From Ophelia neglecta (taxonomy: Eukaryota), in assembly GCA_965285935.1 (NCBI GenBank), contig OZ260664.1:80848001-80912000 (forward strand): a DNA stretch of 64,000 nucleotides, read 5' to 3'. The notes beneath the pieces were generated by a model, which saw nothing but the letters and a program-made list of their open reading frames with translations, made no database searches and was not told where the DNA came from. The stretch's first letter is position 1. Every line of letters begins with the position of its first letter. Both the position numbers and the translations under genes were made by a program. Shown piece after piece: positions 1 to 43,957 of the stretch.

Positions 1-2542
1 CAGGGAAAGCATCTCCAAAGAACACGAAAAATTAGTATGGACCAGGGCTAATCTACTGCCCAAATGGGCTGATCCTATGCAGCAAGACCGCCTGCCCTTG
101 GATGAAAAAGTTTCCATTATGGAAAATCTTGAAATACAGAAAAGTCCCAGTCTCCACTTAGCGTCTGCACACTTTTTGACACTATGTGAACATTTGACAA
201 GCGGGCCTCACGTACAAGGCGTGCACAACACAGGTACAAGATTAGACGTATTTAAAGCTAACTATCGATTCCTGCAGGAACATGGCCTAGAAAATGAGGA
301 AGTGAAAGAAAAATTACAGAAAGCGAACTGCATTATAGTTGACGGTGGTAAGAAATTAGTGCAAGCTAAGCAGACTGCTTTAAACATGTACGATAGTGAA
401 GAGATCAGGCCTTACCTTTACAAGGTTCCGATGGAACTGGGTGAGTTCCAACGACTGTTCCAGACTTTGGGGTCTACAGACAGGGCCTCTGTTGACCAAT
501 ATGCGGGAGTACTGGACAGCATCAGAAAGTTAGTTGGCAGAGAAGCTCTGACTCCCAATGAGCTGAAACTTGCCTACAAGGCAGTCAGAGGGCTGCTGGA
601 CACATTAGAAAACACGGCTTCCTCGCGCAATGTCAGTGTTGGCAGCCTGTATTTACCCAGCGAAGACGGCCGGCTGATGGAAGCAACAAGGCTGGTGTTT
701 AATGATTCACCTTCATTCTACGACCGTGTGAAGGATTTCGGCTTGCACTTTGTTGTAGACCTGAAGGAATGCGGCTTCCAGTCCAGGACGGCAGAGGAGG
801 TACTTCGGATACTGCCACAGCGTCTGAGACCCGGTATGCTCAGGTGAGTGACGAATTTTAACTCACCCATGCAAAAAAAAAGGTTCTCCCCGTATTGAAT
901 ATTTTGGCTGGTTTGGTGCACCAGTTTATTTCAGTTTAGGCTACATCGGTCCTTTTTTTATGATTCAATAATGCTAAAACCCGTATTGTTGAGTAAAAAT
1001 AACAGATTTGTAGGATAGATTTGTTCTGCTTAAACAAAGTTGAAATCTGATATTTTGTAACATATTTTCACTTTTAGTGCATATGTTCGAGAAGTTTTGA
1101 TTGACCGTGCTAAAAGTGTAACAACTGAGGGACTGGCTGCTCATCTCAACAACAGACTGAAGTCCGAGAGCTTCTTGATAGCAGTTGCAAGGCTGATGAG
1201 GCATGAGGCTCACAGGTATTGACATAAAGTCTTTGTCAACAGAGACATGTATTAGCTATTTAATATAAAAAGTGTACTTGAACTGTTGTATACAGTAAAA
1301 GTTCATAAGCATTGTTTTGTGTAAAACAAAGGACACCATGTTAGCATTAAAAGCCTCTGTTTACCTACTTCAAATATTGTTTTCATCAGAAGTGGAAGAA
1401 GTGCAGAAGAGCCCAAGATGTATTCAGTTCTTGACAGGCTAAGCACAATCAATGTCTTTGGGGTAAAAGAAGTCATTACTCAACTGACGTTTAAGGACAA
1501 ATCAGTGGCTGGATCAGAGATGGAAAAAGTTTGCTTTGTTGAAAAGGTGAGTGTTTCCACGTTAGCTCTAAACTATTGCAGGTCTGAAGAGTATAGTTGA
1601 TGGATTTTGGATTAATGATAATGACAGTAGCAAGGACGATTTCATAATAACGGCTTAGTTTGTAATGCCCAACAATATTTTGTTTCAGGTGCCAGGCGCG
1701 CATGCGGACATATTCTTGTGGAGAGTTTACATTAAGAATGACTCAAGTCTCAGTCAGGACCTTTTGATTCCTCTAGCCGAGGTCATCAATACCATATTGT
1801 CAGGCTTGTTACGGGACTCCGTTTTGTACCTGCTACCCATTCTAGCCTGCAAGGAAACCGAGATACAGGTATACAACCAATGCTTGGCCTAATATGGAAT
1901 AGAATATAAATCCTACAGAGTTGCTTTTGCAATTGTGATCAATTATATTTAAAAAAAAAAATAGCAAAATAGTAACCCAAACACTAGCAGTGTTTTCAAC
2001 TCTTATGTGATCATCTGTTCTTAGAAAAGGATAGGTGATGCATTTTATATGTGAGAGGAATGAACCATTCAACCCTGCTACCCTCTATGACATTTCAGAG
2101 CAAGCTGGACACCTTAAACGTGCGCCTGGACCATTCTCAGATAGCCACTCGGCGACCAACGCTGCCCCCACCTGGAACGACTGTGCCGGAGGACCAGGTC
2201 CGGCTCCTGCGCTGGGGAGAAGTCGACTTCAACTCTGGCGAGTACTTTGGCTACAAGGTCAAGGAAAGTGACGAAATGGTGAGAATTATGAATATTTTAT
2301 ACATGGTGGCGGTATAGTAGCGGCTTATATTATTAGTTGAATTATTGTCGGTAATATCTGAAAAACTATTTCCCGTTTTGATAAAATGTTAACCTATATT
2401 TAACTTTTTTCTGAAGATGTATGCTGTTGTTGGTGAGGAAGTTATGTCACCTGAAGGAGACCGGGTGTATTTGGCTGACGTCGGAGGTGGGCATGATTCA
2501 GTCATTGTCAACGTTAAACACATGTATAAGTTTGTCAGATAG
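1..2542 (+). CDS. Sacsin-like protein, 3' part (5' end outside the window). Exons <1-843, 1078-1215, 1390-1546, 1689-1868, 2099-2278, 2417-2542
   Basis: The spliced translation follows the C-terminal third repeat region of sacsin: LVWTRANLLP, LYLPSEDGRLMEATRLVFNDSP, ILPQRLRPGMLS, RLMRHE, LPPPGTTVP, FNSGEYFGY, VYLADVG...MYKFVR*. All five introns are GT-AG with matching phases. TAG at 2540-2542. Confidence 0.85.
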
Positions 2543-4855
2543 GGAGGAACGCTGGGCCCAACTGAAAGTCACTGGAACAGTCAAGACTGCCGAATTACCA
2601 CTGACCATCTTTATAGTTACCGGTATTATGATAAATGTGGCCAATAGTGATTGATGTCCCTTGAATTTGAACAAACGGTACTATAGTTTGTTCTCTTAAC
2701 CTGTCGGTTCATTGAATTTGGATGGACCTCGAAGCTAATCTGTGAACGCACATTTATTTTATGATATTCGGGTTCACAAATAAATTGCTGCAACGAATAT
2801 GTTGTAAGTTTACAATTACACATCCAAGATGTGACATTATCCAAGATTTGAAATAGATATTGACAAAACGAGGCATTTGTGTGATATTACTATGATAAAT
2901 GTATATGAATTTGGCAAGTTTTTCATATAATATTATTGATAAGCCTACTTACTTGTGAAGAATTTGCCAATATTCGCTAAACTTTATTAGGGTATTAAAG
3001 ATATAGGTGCACATTCAATATGCATTTACATTGTTTTGTTGTAAAACGCATTTGCTTTATAAGTGTCACCATCACAAACTAAAAGAGAAAATAGTACACA
3101 GAAATGTATCTGTTCTATCAAATATTCAAGATCTCGTTATAACAATAGTGATAAACTATTGCTGGTAGTATCCTATAATCAGCAGTAGTATAAATATGTA
3201 TAGGATTGATGTCTGTTGAGTTTTCTATTGCAGTGAACGGCTTATCACGTTGCCATTTGCTGTATATATGTACATTTTTCATTTCCATTCGACTTGAAAT
3301 GAATGTTGGAATCATTGTTTGTTTATTACTGACAATAGACATACAGTGATTAAAAGGTTAATTACTTTTTAGTTCCTGTAATAAGATGCAGGACATTGAT
3401 ATGTATATCGTGTGATTTTTCTGTTCATACTTCAAACCAGTATTTCTTCTTTCATTTTACAATGTTAGATTCTAATTCATGTAAATGTATCGGAAATTAT
3501 TGTTTTACTATACCGTATGGCAAATTGTTTGACACAACTATGCAGAAACCCACCCATTCCCTAATGTGTTTTAATTATAAAATAAATGTTATCAATAATT
3601 AGGTGTTTGGTTCACTTGTTTTTCCCTTTGGCTCTAGGGGCCTTGAGGTATAGATGAATGTCTAATGAAAAATTTCGCATTTTAACTCCAAGACATAAAG
3701 TAGCTTTTACTAGCATTGTGTGGGCATAAACAATATAAAATTCAGCTTTCAGCAGATCAATATCAATATGAATGCTGTTTTAACAACAAGTGGTTCACTA
3801 AACAAATACAAATGGTAAACATGTCATTGGGACCGGATATGAGTAGCTAGCTATTCGTATTATCCAACTGCGCACAGAACATTTTCGAAAACCTTAGCAC
3901 ATGTGTGTATGAGGGTGTGGAAGTGGGTGGTATCACTGTGGGAGACAATCGTGTCCACGTGTTTGCCACTCTCACACCAGGAATTTCCCCCACTCTCTCT
4001 TTTGTTCTACATGCTCCAACTGCCATGTTCCCGTTTCCGCAGGACAAGGGAACATAATTAGGGAAGTTGTAGTATATACTTAGGGGGATCATAATTCCCC
4101 AAGGAAAAATACTCTTTTAATAGAAGAATATAAGCTGCCCGTGTGGCTACCATCTCCAACATTCTATTGCCTCCTTTGTAGTCACCCACCCTCCCCCTCT
4201 CACCCTATTCCAAAAGCCCCCCGCCCCCCGCCCCTTCTTGACACGACTCTCCCCTTTTATTTGCTACATTACTGCAAACGCCCGATAGTCTTCCTACCCC
4301 AACTCCCACCACATAGTCCTCCCTCCATTAAAGCATCCCTTATTTTCTCTTACTATTTTTTCTAGCACCACCGTCACCCCACCCCAGGTCTTCCCTTTCC
4401 GCTCTTTAAATTTTGTTTTAACTCGCCTCTAACACCGGACCGTTTATATGCCTCCCTCCCACACTACTGCTCACCCGGGGCCAAGGTAAGTACTGTATAC
4501 TTGACAGGTGTACATGGAGTTAGTTTCGCTCGATTGCATGCTAGTTCCATGCAAATAAGGGACAAGCCGGGATAAATGGCTTTATAACTGTTGTCGGCAG
4601 ACTTGGTATTGGTAAATCGTGGCCCGTGTCTTGTTGGAGGTTATCCCGCTCACAGACCCTTATCTACTCCACAACCAGGGGAAAAATGACACCAGGTAAT
4701 ATGCGTAGGGTTATATGAGGTATATAAAAAGACATATTATAGATTGTGTAATATAATGTGCTCAAAATAAAACGGAGGGCAAAATTCGAATGGACTCCTA
4801 TAATGGTTGCCATGGTAAGCCTCCATAATATTTCATATATTCACACGTTGATGAA

Positions 4856-5020
4856 TATCACACATATGAACGCACTGCATGCCCATAACACACATATGAA
4901 GGCACTTTATGCTCACATCACACGTAAGAACGCACTCCATGCTCATATCGCACGTAACATCACCAGTAAGAACGTACTTCATGCTCATAACACACGTTTG
5001 ATCGCACCTCATGCTACTCT
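4856..5020. repeat. Degenerate 30-bp minisatellite, ~5 copies
   Basis: Recurring unit of the form CACACATATGAACGCACTGCATGCCCATAA / CACACGTAAGAACGCACTCCATGCTCATAT. Confidence 0.7.
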
Positions 5021-7408
5021 TGCATGTATACGCCATCCCTAAGAAACAAAGTTGTGAGGAGGTTTACAGTCGTTGGCCCCCAGCTTTGCCAACAAACGTA
5101 TACGTATAGTCATTTTAGCTCGTTGAATGAAGCAGTAGCTTTTCTGTGGTGTATTGCATGTAATGAGCTCTATTTCATGCCCCGGATTTGGAATTTCTGC
5201 GGTCATCTCAGCTTCAAACGGATATAAAGGAAACGTCTTAAATGTGACAATCGTTTATTATTATAATCAAATTGTATGGCCAAGCACTAAGAAATGCTCA
5301 ACCCCGTTTTCGATTTATGATAATCGTGGAACAATCGGCAAAATGGCCCTAAGACGTACAGGTGTCTAGCCAAAACGCCCACTAAGTTACACAAATCTCC
5401 AAGACCCAAATAACACGCGGCTTTTTGCCGAAATGGTTGAAGATAAGCAGACTCAAAGGACCTATGTGGCCTAACACGGATTATCTGATTCCAAATGATC
5501 TATGAAGTCACACTAACTCTTATATTTGTAGATTTGGGCAAAGTACTTTTTTAAGCCATTAATTAAGGTTTTGGCGACATCACAGTATGGGAGCATACAT
5601 TGTGAATATGAACTCAGTAAGCGTAATGTCCGGTTTTAGTTTGTATCCCTCAGGGTAAACACAGTAACCATACGTCATCCTATACGAACCGACAAGGCAT
5701 TCAATGCTGCGGCTTAATTTCAATCACATGATATGATATTGCTCACAATGATATTTTGCTTTACACGGGTTATTGTGTGATAAATGTACGCTCCAAGCTG
5801 TGTATATAAAGCCATGCATATAGGATGTATAGTTTGTCCAGACAATTATTTTTAATATACAACCACTCTGTTTAGAACAAATTTAAATTAAGGCCATTTT
5901 GGCATTAGGCAAAGAGATTTTGATTATTGGCCAATGTCCAACGGTGAGGTAACCTTACCATCCTAGTTCGGTCACCATTCAGATGACGTGGCCAGATATT
6001 ACGTGTGTAAATTGGACACTCAGTTGGCAAAGGGCAAGTAATTAATCTAACTAATGATAAAGGTATGACTGCGACAAGGTCATTTAGTGATCGACGGATC
6101 ACATACTCGTTCCAGACAATTTGATAATATGACACTGTCGATACGATAGCTTATACTTATTAACACATGTTTATTTCCAGATACATGAAATTAGCCACAC
6201 TCAAAGCGTGACTGGTTCCTTTCTCCAAAGTAATCCCAGATATTTATTTGCGGACGTGTCCTGTTTTCTCTTCAAACTCTACATTGCATGACGTGATGCT
6301 GGATATAACATGTATATTGGGAGGCATTTCTATAATGCATTTTTGTCCTCAGACTTTCTGTAAGAACAGACAAGCGTTAAAGATGGAGAGATCATCTGCT
6401 CTTCCGGGAAGCTAACTAAACACTCACCATGCAAACTAGCCATAAACGAGGGCGGGGCTCTAAAGAACGTGACCACTGCTATAATGTAATTACCCTCCGG
6501 AGTGAAAGTATAGATGTACTATGTATATCAATAAACGGGTCGACTCTAAGCCGAAAAGTAAAAAAAGAAAGCACGCTCTTAATAAGCCCTCAGCCCAAGT
6601 TCCTTTAATAAAAAGATAGCAGTAAAACCAATAATCGATCAGTCTACGTGGTTTACTATATCAATCGGTAAGCCTTCGCTAGACTTCTAAATATCACATT
6701 GTTTCGTTGTCAGACGTGCACAAATGTTGACAGAGAGTTTGATTATAAGCAGGAAAAAAAGGTATGTTTTTGCAAGGCTGGGTTTAATGTGTAACTTTTT
6801 TCAGATTATGATGCGAAGTTGAAATGGCTGGAGCTCCCCAGTAACACTGAATGGATATCAGCCTATGACCGTCGCTCCAATTCATGCCTCTGATGTGCCT
6901 TTTGGGCTGAACATTGGGTTCCAGTATTATAAGTTGATACAGGCCCAATTCAATTGTGTTTTTTCCTTTGATGATAGTCTGGTCTGTCAAGGACAGTTTG
7001 CGATAGTACACCTGTAAGTGAGATGGAGATTACTTGCAAAGACAGTTTGCGAAAGTGTACGACGGTGATCATTTGCACTCCCGTTTATATGAATGCCCGT
7101 CATTTCTCCATCTTTGTCTGAGCTAAGAGGTAAAAGCGCCGTGTCCTCGGAGCGGGCGACGCCACGCGGCACCGAGAAAGAGTGGCCACATTTTGAACGA
7201 ACAGTGTAGCTCAACAAAAATGACCATCAACGAGGAAATATGAGGAAAGCGACCGTGTCAAAGAGACAGCATGCGCGCTTATTTCACATTTTTATCGGGA
7301 ATACCCTAGATTGTAATTGGGCACCAAAAACTTTTCCTTGTGTTAATAGTTTCAACACAAAGATATACCCGTAAAATTGTTGCAGAAGTTAAGGGTAAAG
7401 GAACAACG

Positions 7409-38522
<31,114 letters not shown>

Positions 38523-39477
38523 GTTTGACACCGTAAGCGGGGACTGACCAGAATCTCGTTTAGATGCGTTCCGGGGAGGGGGGGGGGGGGGCTGGGGGTA
38601 TGCCCTAGTGAATTATTTTTCATGATAAGTGCATGCCTTTGAACATCTTTTCACATAATAGTTTCATTCGGGTGTTGATGGCCAGAGAGGAAGTAAATTC
38701 CGAGCATTCTTGTATACATGTGAAGTATCTTATTGTATTTAAGCTCCCCCCTTCGTAAAGGTTTTCTTCTTCGGACTGATACAATAAATTGTTAGGTGTA
38801 TTATGTTTGCGTATTTTTATTTGATGTACTAAGATAGATTGCTGTTTACTCTAATGTGGTGAAGTCTTAAATTTTCATTTAAACAAAGCATTTAAGCAGA
38901 ATTTTACGAAGTGTCAGTTTGCTATGTTCATGCAAGAGAGTTTCGTAGGTCAATGTCATGAAACCTCAACATGCTTTGGTGGTAGATTTGATTGAATCGT
39001 TCCTAACGTTAGGCCTCAACACGTATGTATCACCACTATGTCGCTATAGAAAGTAACAAAATTTCACATGGGACCTTGGTAATCATACTTTCGCACCCAA
39101 TAATAATAAACCTATAGAGAGTTTAATTAAATTATGCTCCAAAGTGACATAATTGTGACATTATTATCCTCTAACATAAATTGTATTGTTCCCGGCTGGT
39201 GAAGTTATTAGCTTCCACGTAAGACCTGAAGATTATACCTTGATCATTCAACGTGCGAACGTGTTCATTTCAAGGATAATAATTCTAAACACTTGTACTT
39301 TCGAATGTGGGCGTCATTTACTTATACCCGCCCCATCTTCTAAGAGTTTGGCACTGGAACGTTTGCATATCACATGATCTCTTTATAAATCTACTACAAC
39401 AATTGACCTTCATATTATCACGTCCCCAGCTTGGAGTTCGAGGTCTCGAAGGTTGAAGTTTTTGCTTTTAGGTCATT

Positions 39478-39558
39478 AAATAACATTCAATGGGTTTTGC
39501 ACACGTTCTCGGACTCAAGTCCAAGACACGATCGTGTGCAAAATCCATTGTTATTTTA
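39478..39558. repeat. Short inverted repeat / hairpin
   Basis: CAATGGGTTTTGCACACG (39488) pairs with CGTGTGCAAAATCCATTG (ending 39550) at 17/18, extended by AATAAC/GTTATT. Confidence 0.75.
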
Positions 39559-40399
39559 CTGAATTAAAAGTCTCAAATCTTTCCGAAATCCACACAGGTG
39601 TGTTTTTATTGATTCAGATGTGAATTTTCTTTGGCATAATGCGGATCACACAAAGTGTGTAGAGTTTTATTGCTAAATAAACGAAGCAACTCTGATCATG
39701 AAGTTTAATAGTTTTATTTAGGCCTATTATTAATTCATTTGAGTTCAAATCTCGTGAGAGTTTGTACGACTTGTTATAATAATAATAAGCTAGGCATAGA
39801 ATGCCCACGAACGAATACATATTACTGAATATATATGGACACAATATCTGGCTAACCGGCTTCATTTACATAACCGCCTATGATATCACATATGAGTTTC
39901 CATGTTCATAAGGAGCCTAGACATTCCGCATACGGTAATGATTGCCCCAGCATATATAAATTGTACTACAAGCGATAACCTAAGAGGCAAATATTCCACC
40001 ACCTATCCCTTGTATTATACGCATAGTCTCATCATACTGTCCTAGACCACCTAGACCCAACAATAAGTTAGCTACAGAGTGCAGCGCAATGGATTCGTAG
40101 GTCCGAATGGTTCTACGAATCCACTGGTAACGAGACCATTATCTAATATAAAATTATAAACAAAGAAGTCTTTATTTGAGCCAATCACGGCGTTTAACTT
40201 TGGGTTATATTACGTCGCCAGTCTTGTCTCGGTACGCTAGACAATACCTGTAAATTCGTAGATATGCCAGTGCATGTGTGCTTGGTCAAGTGCAAGCTGT
40301 AATCTAGTTACACGGGACCGCCGTTTCTTATGCACCTTAAAAGTGAACGGATCACGTCTGAAAGTTCTGCTCCGTGGTAAAAATGGAGTCAAACAGTTA

Positions 40400-41450
40400 C
40401 AGCAATATGTGGCTAACCCAGATTAACCCTTTGGATAAAACCTTCGATTCCATCAATGCAGCCGAAGCAGCTGAAAGTCTTCTAAACCTCGGCGACACAA
40501 GATTTGAGGAGTTTGATACATACACAAAGCGTCCATGTGGGGAAACAATTAAATCCATGTAGAAGGTAAAGTAAAAACCGTTTCTTGAAGTCTGCAAGTT
40601 GCGCTGTAGGTTACAGCATTGTTAATCGAAGTGCTTTTCTTATGACCATTGAAATGCTCTTTGGATACATTATGCAATATATGGTATTGTTTCACAAAAA
40701 AGACTGTTGTATTCTTGTAACAATGGCATCAACGATCCAGGAGTCTTGGATGACTTTGGCCATTTGTCTTTGTTCTGTTTCAAGTGAGTTAATCGAGTGG
40801 TCGGTTAACGATGGAATCTCCAGGATTATAACCGCCCAATACACCTTAGAAGCCACCTTGGGTAAAAGCCATCCTTTTTTTATTGTGCCCCATTCCCCCA
40901 TAACGTTAAAAGTTCTCTTGGCTCAGGGTAAGCCTGTGTATGTTTCTAGCATGTGTCTAAGCTGTTGCTGATATATACCAGAGGCACTCCTATGAGTGTT
41001 GTAGATTTATTGTATACCTCAGGTAGAAATGATGGCCCCACACGCATCGTATCATATTGTGGGTCAATTGTCCTGTTAGGTGCGAATTGCATAGTCTCAC
41101 ATTTGGCCGCGTTGAACTTGAACCTTTTTAAGTAATCGTCTGCCAAGTCATGCGCCGTTTGAATTATGCTCCAACGGATCGCCAAGATAGACACGTCATT
41201 AGCAAAGCTTGGACATGAGGATGGCATGCAAGCCATAGATATTGCATCCAAGGCCGGATTTTAGTAGGGTTTCCAAAAGCTCGACAAAGTCAACCATAGA
41301 CAAGGACATTGAAAGCATCCGGCCTTGCTTGGTGTCATCATGAACCAGTCAGACAGTTCACCACCTATATGTACTGCGCTGTAGAAATCCTCATACTAGG
41401 CCTATATATGAAAGAAATCTCCACATCTTCTCATTAACACCTAATATGTG
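40400..41450 (-). mobile_element. Degraded non-LTR retrotransposon RT fragment
   Basis: Residual motifs GVNEKMW, GGELSDWF, CPSFANDVSILA (FADD region), RFKFNAAKC and SKVYWAVI, with many stops and frameshifts. Confidence 0.65.
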
Positions 41451-41750
41451 TACTCAGTACAATAGTCCAGGTAATCACACTGAGTCAACGGCCCCCTCAC
41501 TTCTAGGAGCACAACAGGAACAAAGTTGTAGTCTATGGTTACCCGTCGAGCTATGGTGATTAATTTGATGACCACAGCAGCCAGTTGCTTTCAATTGGTG
41601 TTTTGCTTTAATTTCCGAAAACGACATAGTAGGGTTTATCCAAATAAGTAATTTCCTGATTAGGTGGTTTTCTCAATGCTGCCGATCCCTTTCTGGCTTT
41701 TATTTTGCACCCCACAGATAAATTACGTGAGTTGCTATACAACGCAATGG

Positions 41751-42749
41751 TTATTATTATTATTATTATTATTATGTACAATTTATTTTTCGCTTATTCC
41801 ATAGTATGCTCATGAGCGCATTACAATACAATTTGGTATGACTAGAGAATAACAATAAACTAAATATGAACTAGGCTGATACTAAGAAGATAATGATAAA
41901 ATAAGGATTAAAAAGAAATGATTAAAAGTGTCCAAATATTATACTAAATCAATCGTAGGCAGTAGTAAAAAAGTGTGTTTTTAACTTTTTCTTAAAAACG
42001 TCCATCGATTTGGTATTCCGCAAATCAGGGGGGAGTGAGTTCCAGAGCCTTGGTGCAGTAAAATAAAATGCACGTTCACCGTAAGCTTTTGTATTGCACA
42101 TGGGAACATCGAGGAGCAACTTATCGGATGATCTAAGACAACGACTTGGTCTATATGGCTGGATCAGATCGCGCAGGTATGCTGGAGCTGTACCAGCGAG
42201 ACATTTATGCACAAGAAGGCACACCTTGTACTGAACCCGGAACTGAACCGGAAGCCAATGGAGCTGATAGAGGATTGGAGTGATGTTCTCTCTTCTTCCA
42301 ACCTGCATAACAACTCTTGCTGCAGCATTTTGAATTCGCTGAAGCCGATCGGTTTTTGACTGGGGCAGCCCTAGAAGAAGGGAGTTCAGATTGTCAACAC
42401 GTGAGGTGACGAAAGCATGAATTAAGCTTTCAGTTGCACTTCTGCTCAAATATTTCCGAATTTTGGAGATTTTATGCAGGTGGAGATACGCCGACCGGCA
42501 AATGTTTGTAATGTGCTGCTCAAAGGACATGGTTGGGTCTAAGTAGGCTCCAAGATTTCTGACCCCCTCAGCTGGTTTAACTGAGGCACCATCAACACAC
42601 AACAGAATGTCACTGGGGTCACCTTGAGCCTTGAGATACCTAGGTCTGAGGACTACGAATTCCGTCTTATCAGGATTCATTTTCAAAAAGTTATCTTGCA
42701 TCCATCTATTTATATCCACTATGCACCTTTCAAGTCTGGACACATTCAT
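41751..42749 (-). mobile_element. 5'-truncated L2-type LINE (3' end of ORF2 + 3' UTR + (TAA)n tail)
   Basis: WMQDNFLKMNPDKTE, VRNLG, IHAFVTSRVD, QNAAAR, LHWLPV and FKKKLKTHFF. The 3' UTR TTGTAATGCGCTCATGAGCAT...AATAAA is followed by (TAA)n at 41751-41775. Confidence 0.88.
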
Positions 42750-43317
42750 GCTTGTTTAAGCTAACAAATGGGCTTTGTTGAAATGTATTCAAAGATGGAT
42801 TTAAGCTTACATTTTCCCACATTAGGTTCGCTCGAGGTCATTGCTCAAGACATGGGCGGGATCGAAGACCTATATTTTCACAGGTTGTATTTTTGTATCA
42901 CTTTTTAGTTTGTGACATGCAGAGAACATTTGACTGTCCAAAATTACCAACACGCCCACAAAAGCGGCGATGCACAGAATTGAAAACACACCCAGTGTTA
43001 TGGCTGAAGCCCTCTTGTCCGATTCTTTATAAACAGCATGATTATCGGACGTCTGGATCTCTAAAACATTGAAATAACATATAATTAGGCTTGGGCATTT
43101 GTGGCATTCTGGGTAAAACGGAAACTTGCATAAATATTTTTGTTATAGCCTCAATATTACTCAAATTGAAACGGTCCGTTGAGGTTCCGAAAAGCTCCCA
43201 GCCTTAACTAAAGGTTTTGTAATAAGGCTAACGGCTCAAGCGAGCTACCTACTAGAAACTAAAAGGGTCCGTGAACCATATGAGAAAGAACCCCATGAAT
43301 TAGGATTTATTTGTTGA

Positions 43318-43714
43318 TTTTTTTAGTCCCCGCCACTCGAAGAATTGAACCGGGGCCATTAGTTCAGGCTCTGTCCGTCCGTTAATCCCAGTTTTCTAGT
43401 GGATTTAACAAATAGCGTTTCAAATTCAGGGTTCTTGGATCAACTGCGCAAGCAAGACGGCCATTATAATGCGATTAGTACATTCCTGCATCTTGTCTAG
43501 TGGATTTAACTAAAACCGATTGAGATAAGGTTATGAAACTTGACGTGCCTTTAAAGGTGCCAACAGCTCAGATGGTATAGTATTTCCGCTAAATCCGAAA
43601 AAAACATGATGACCGTCATGACGCAATTAGCTTAAGACTAAGTTACAAATATAGTTATTCCATTGAATTGAATTCGTTGGCGCGGCGGACTTAAGCGTTG
43701 CCGATGGGTCTAGT
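43318..43714 (+). mobile_element. Non-autonomous Helentron/DINE-like (HINE) element
   Basis: T-run, then TAGTCCCCGCC, then TCTGTCCGTCCGT (GTCY microsatellite remnant). The 3' end has the inverted copy GGCGGACTTA and ends in CTAGT. Confidence 0.6.
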
Positions 43715-43957
43715 GTTCAGTGAAAGTAGATTGCTAATACTAAAACGGTAGTCCATAAGTCTGCTCGTCACAATAACCTGTTCTTATAAATTGTTCGTAA
43801 TATATTTTCTTGTCTTCAAAGGTAAATATTGATGTTCAATAAATATTAACGATAGGCCTTGGCAATTTTAAACTAGATAAATGGGTATTTTATTTTTGTC
43901 ACGAATGTGTGACATTAAGCCTAAAATGCGTTTTCATTTCGTCAATGGAATATATAT

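Noticed and set aside
4500-4700. Octamer ATGCAAAT followed by a GC-balanced stretch, as a possible snRNA gene
   Set aside because: I could not recognise any snRNA sequence, Sm site or Pol III terminator.
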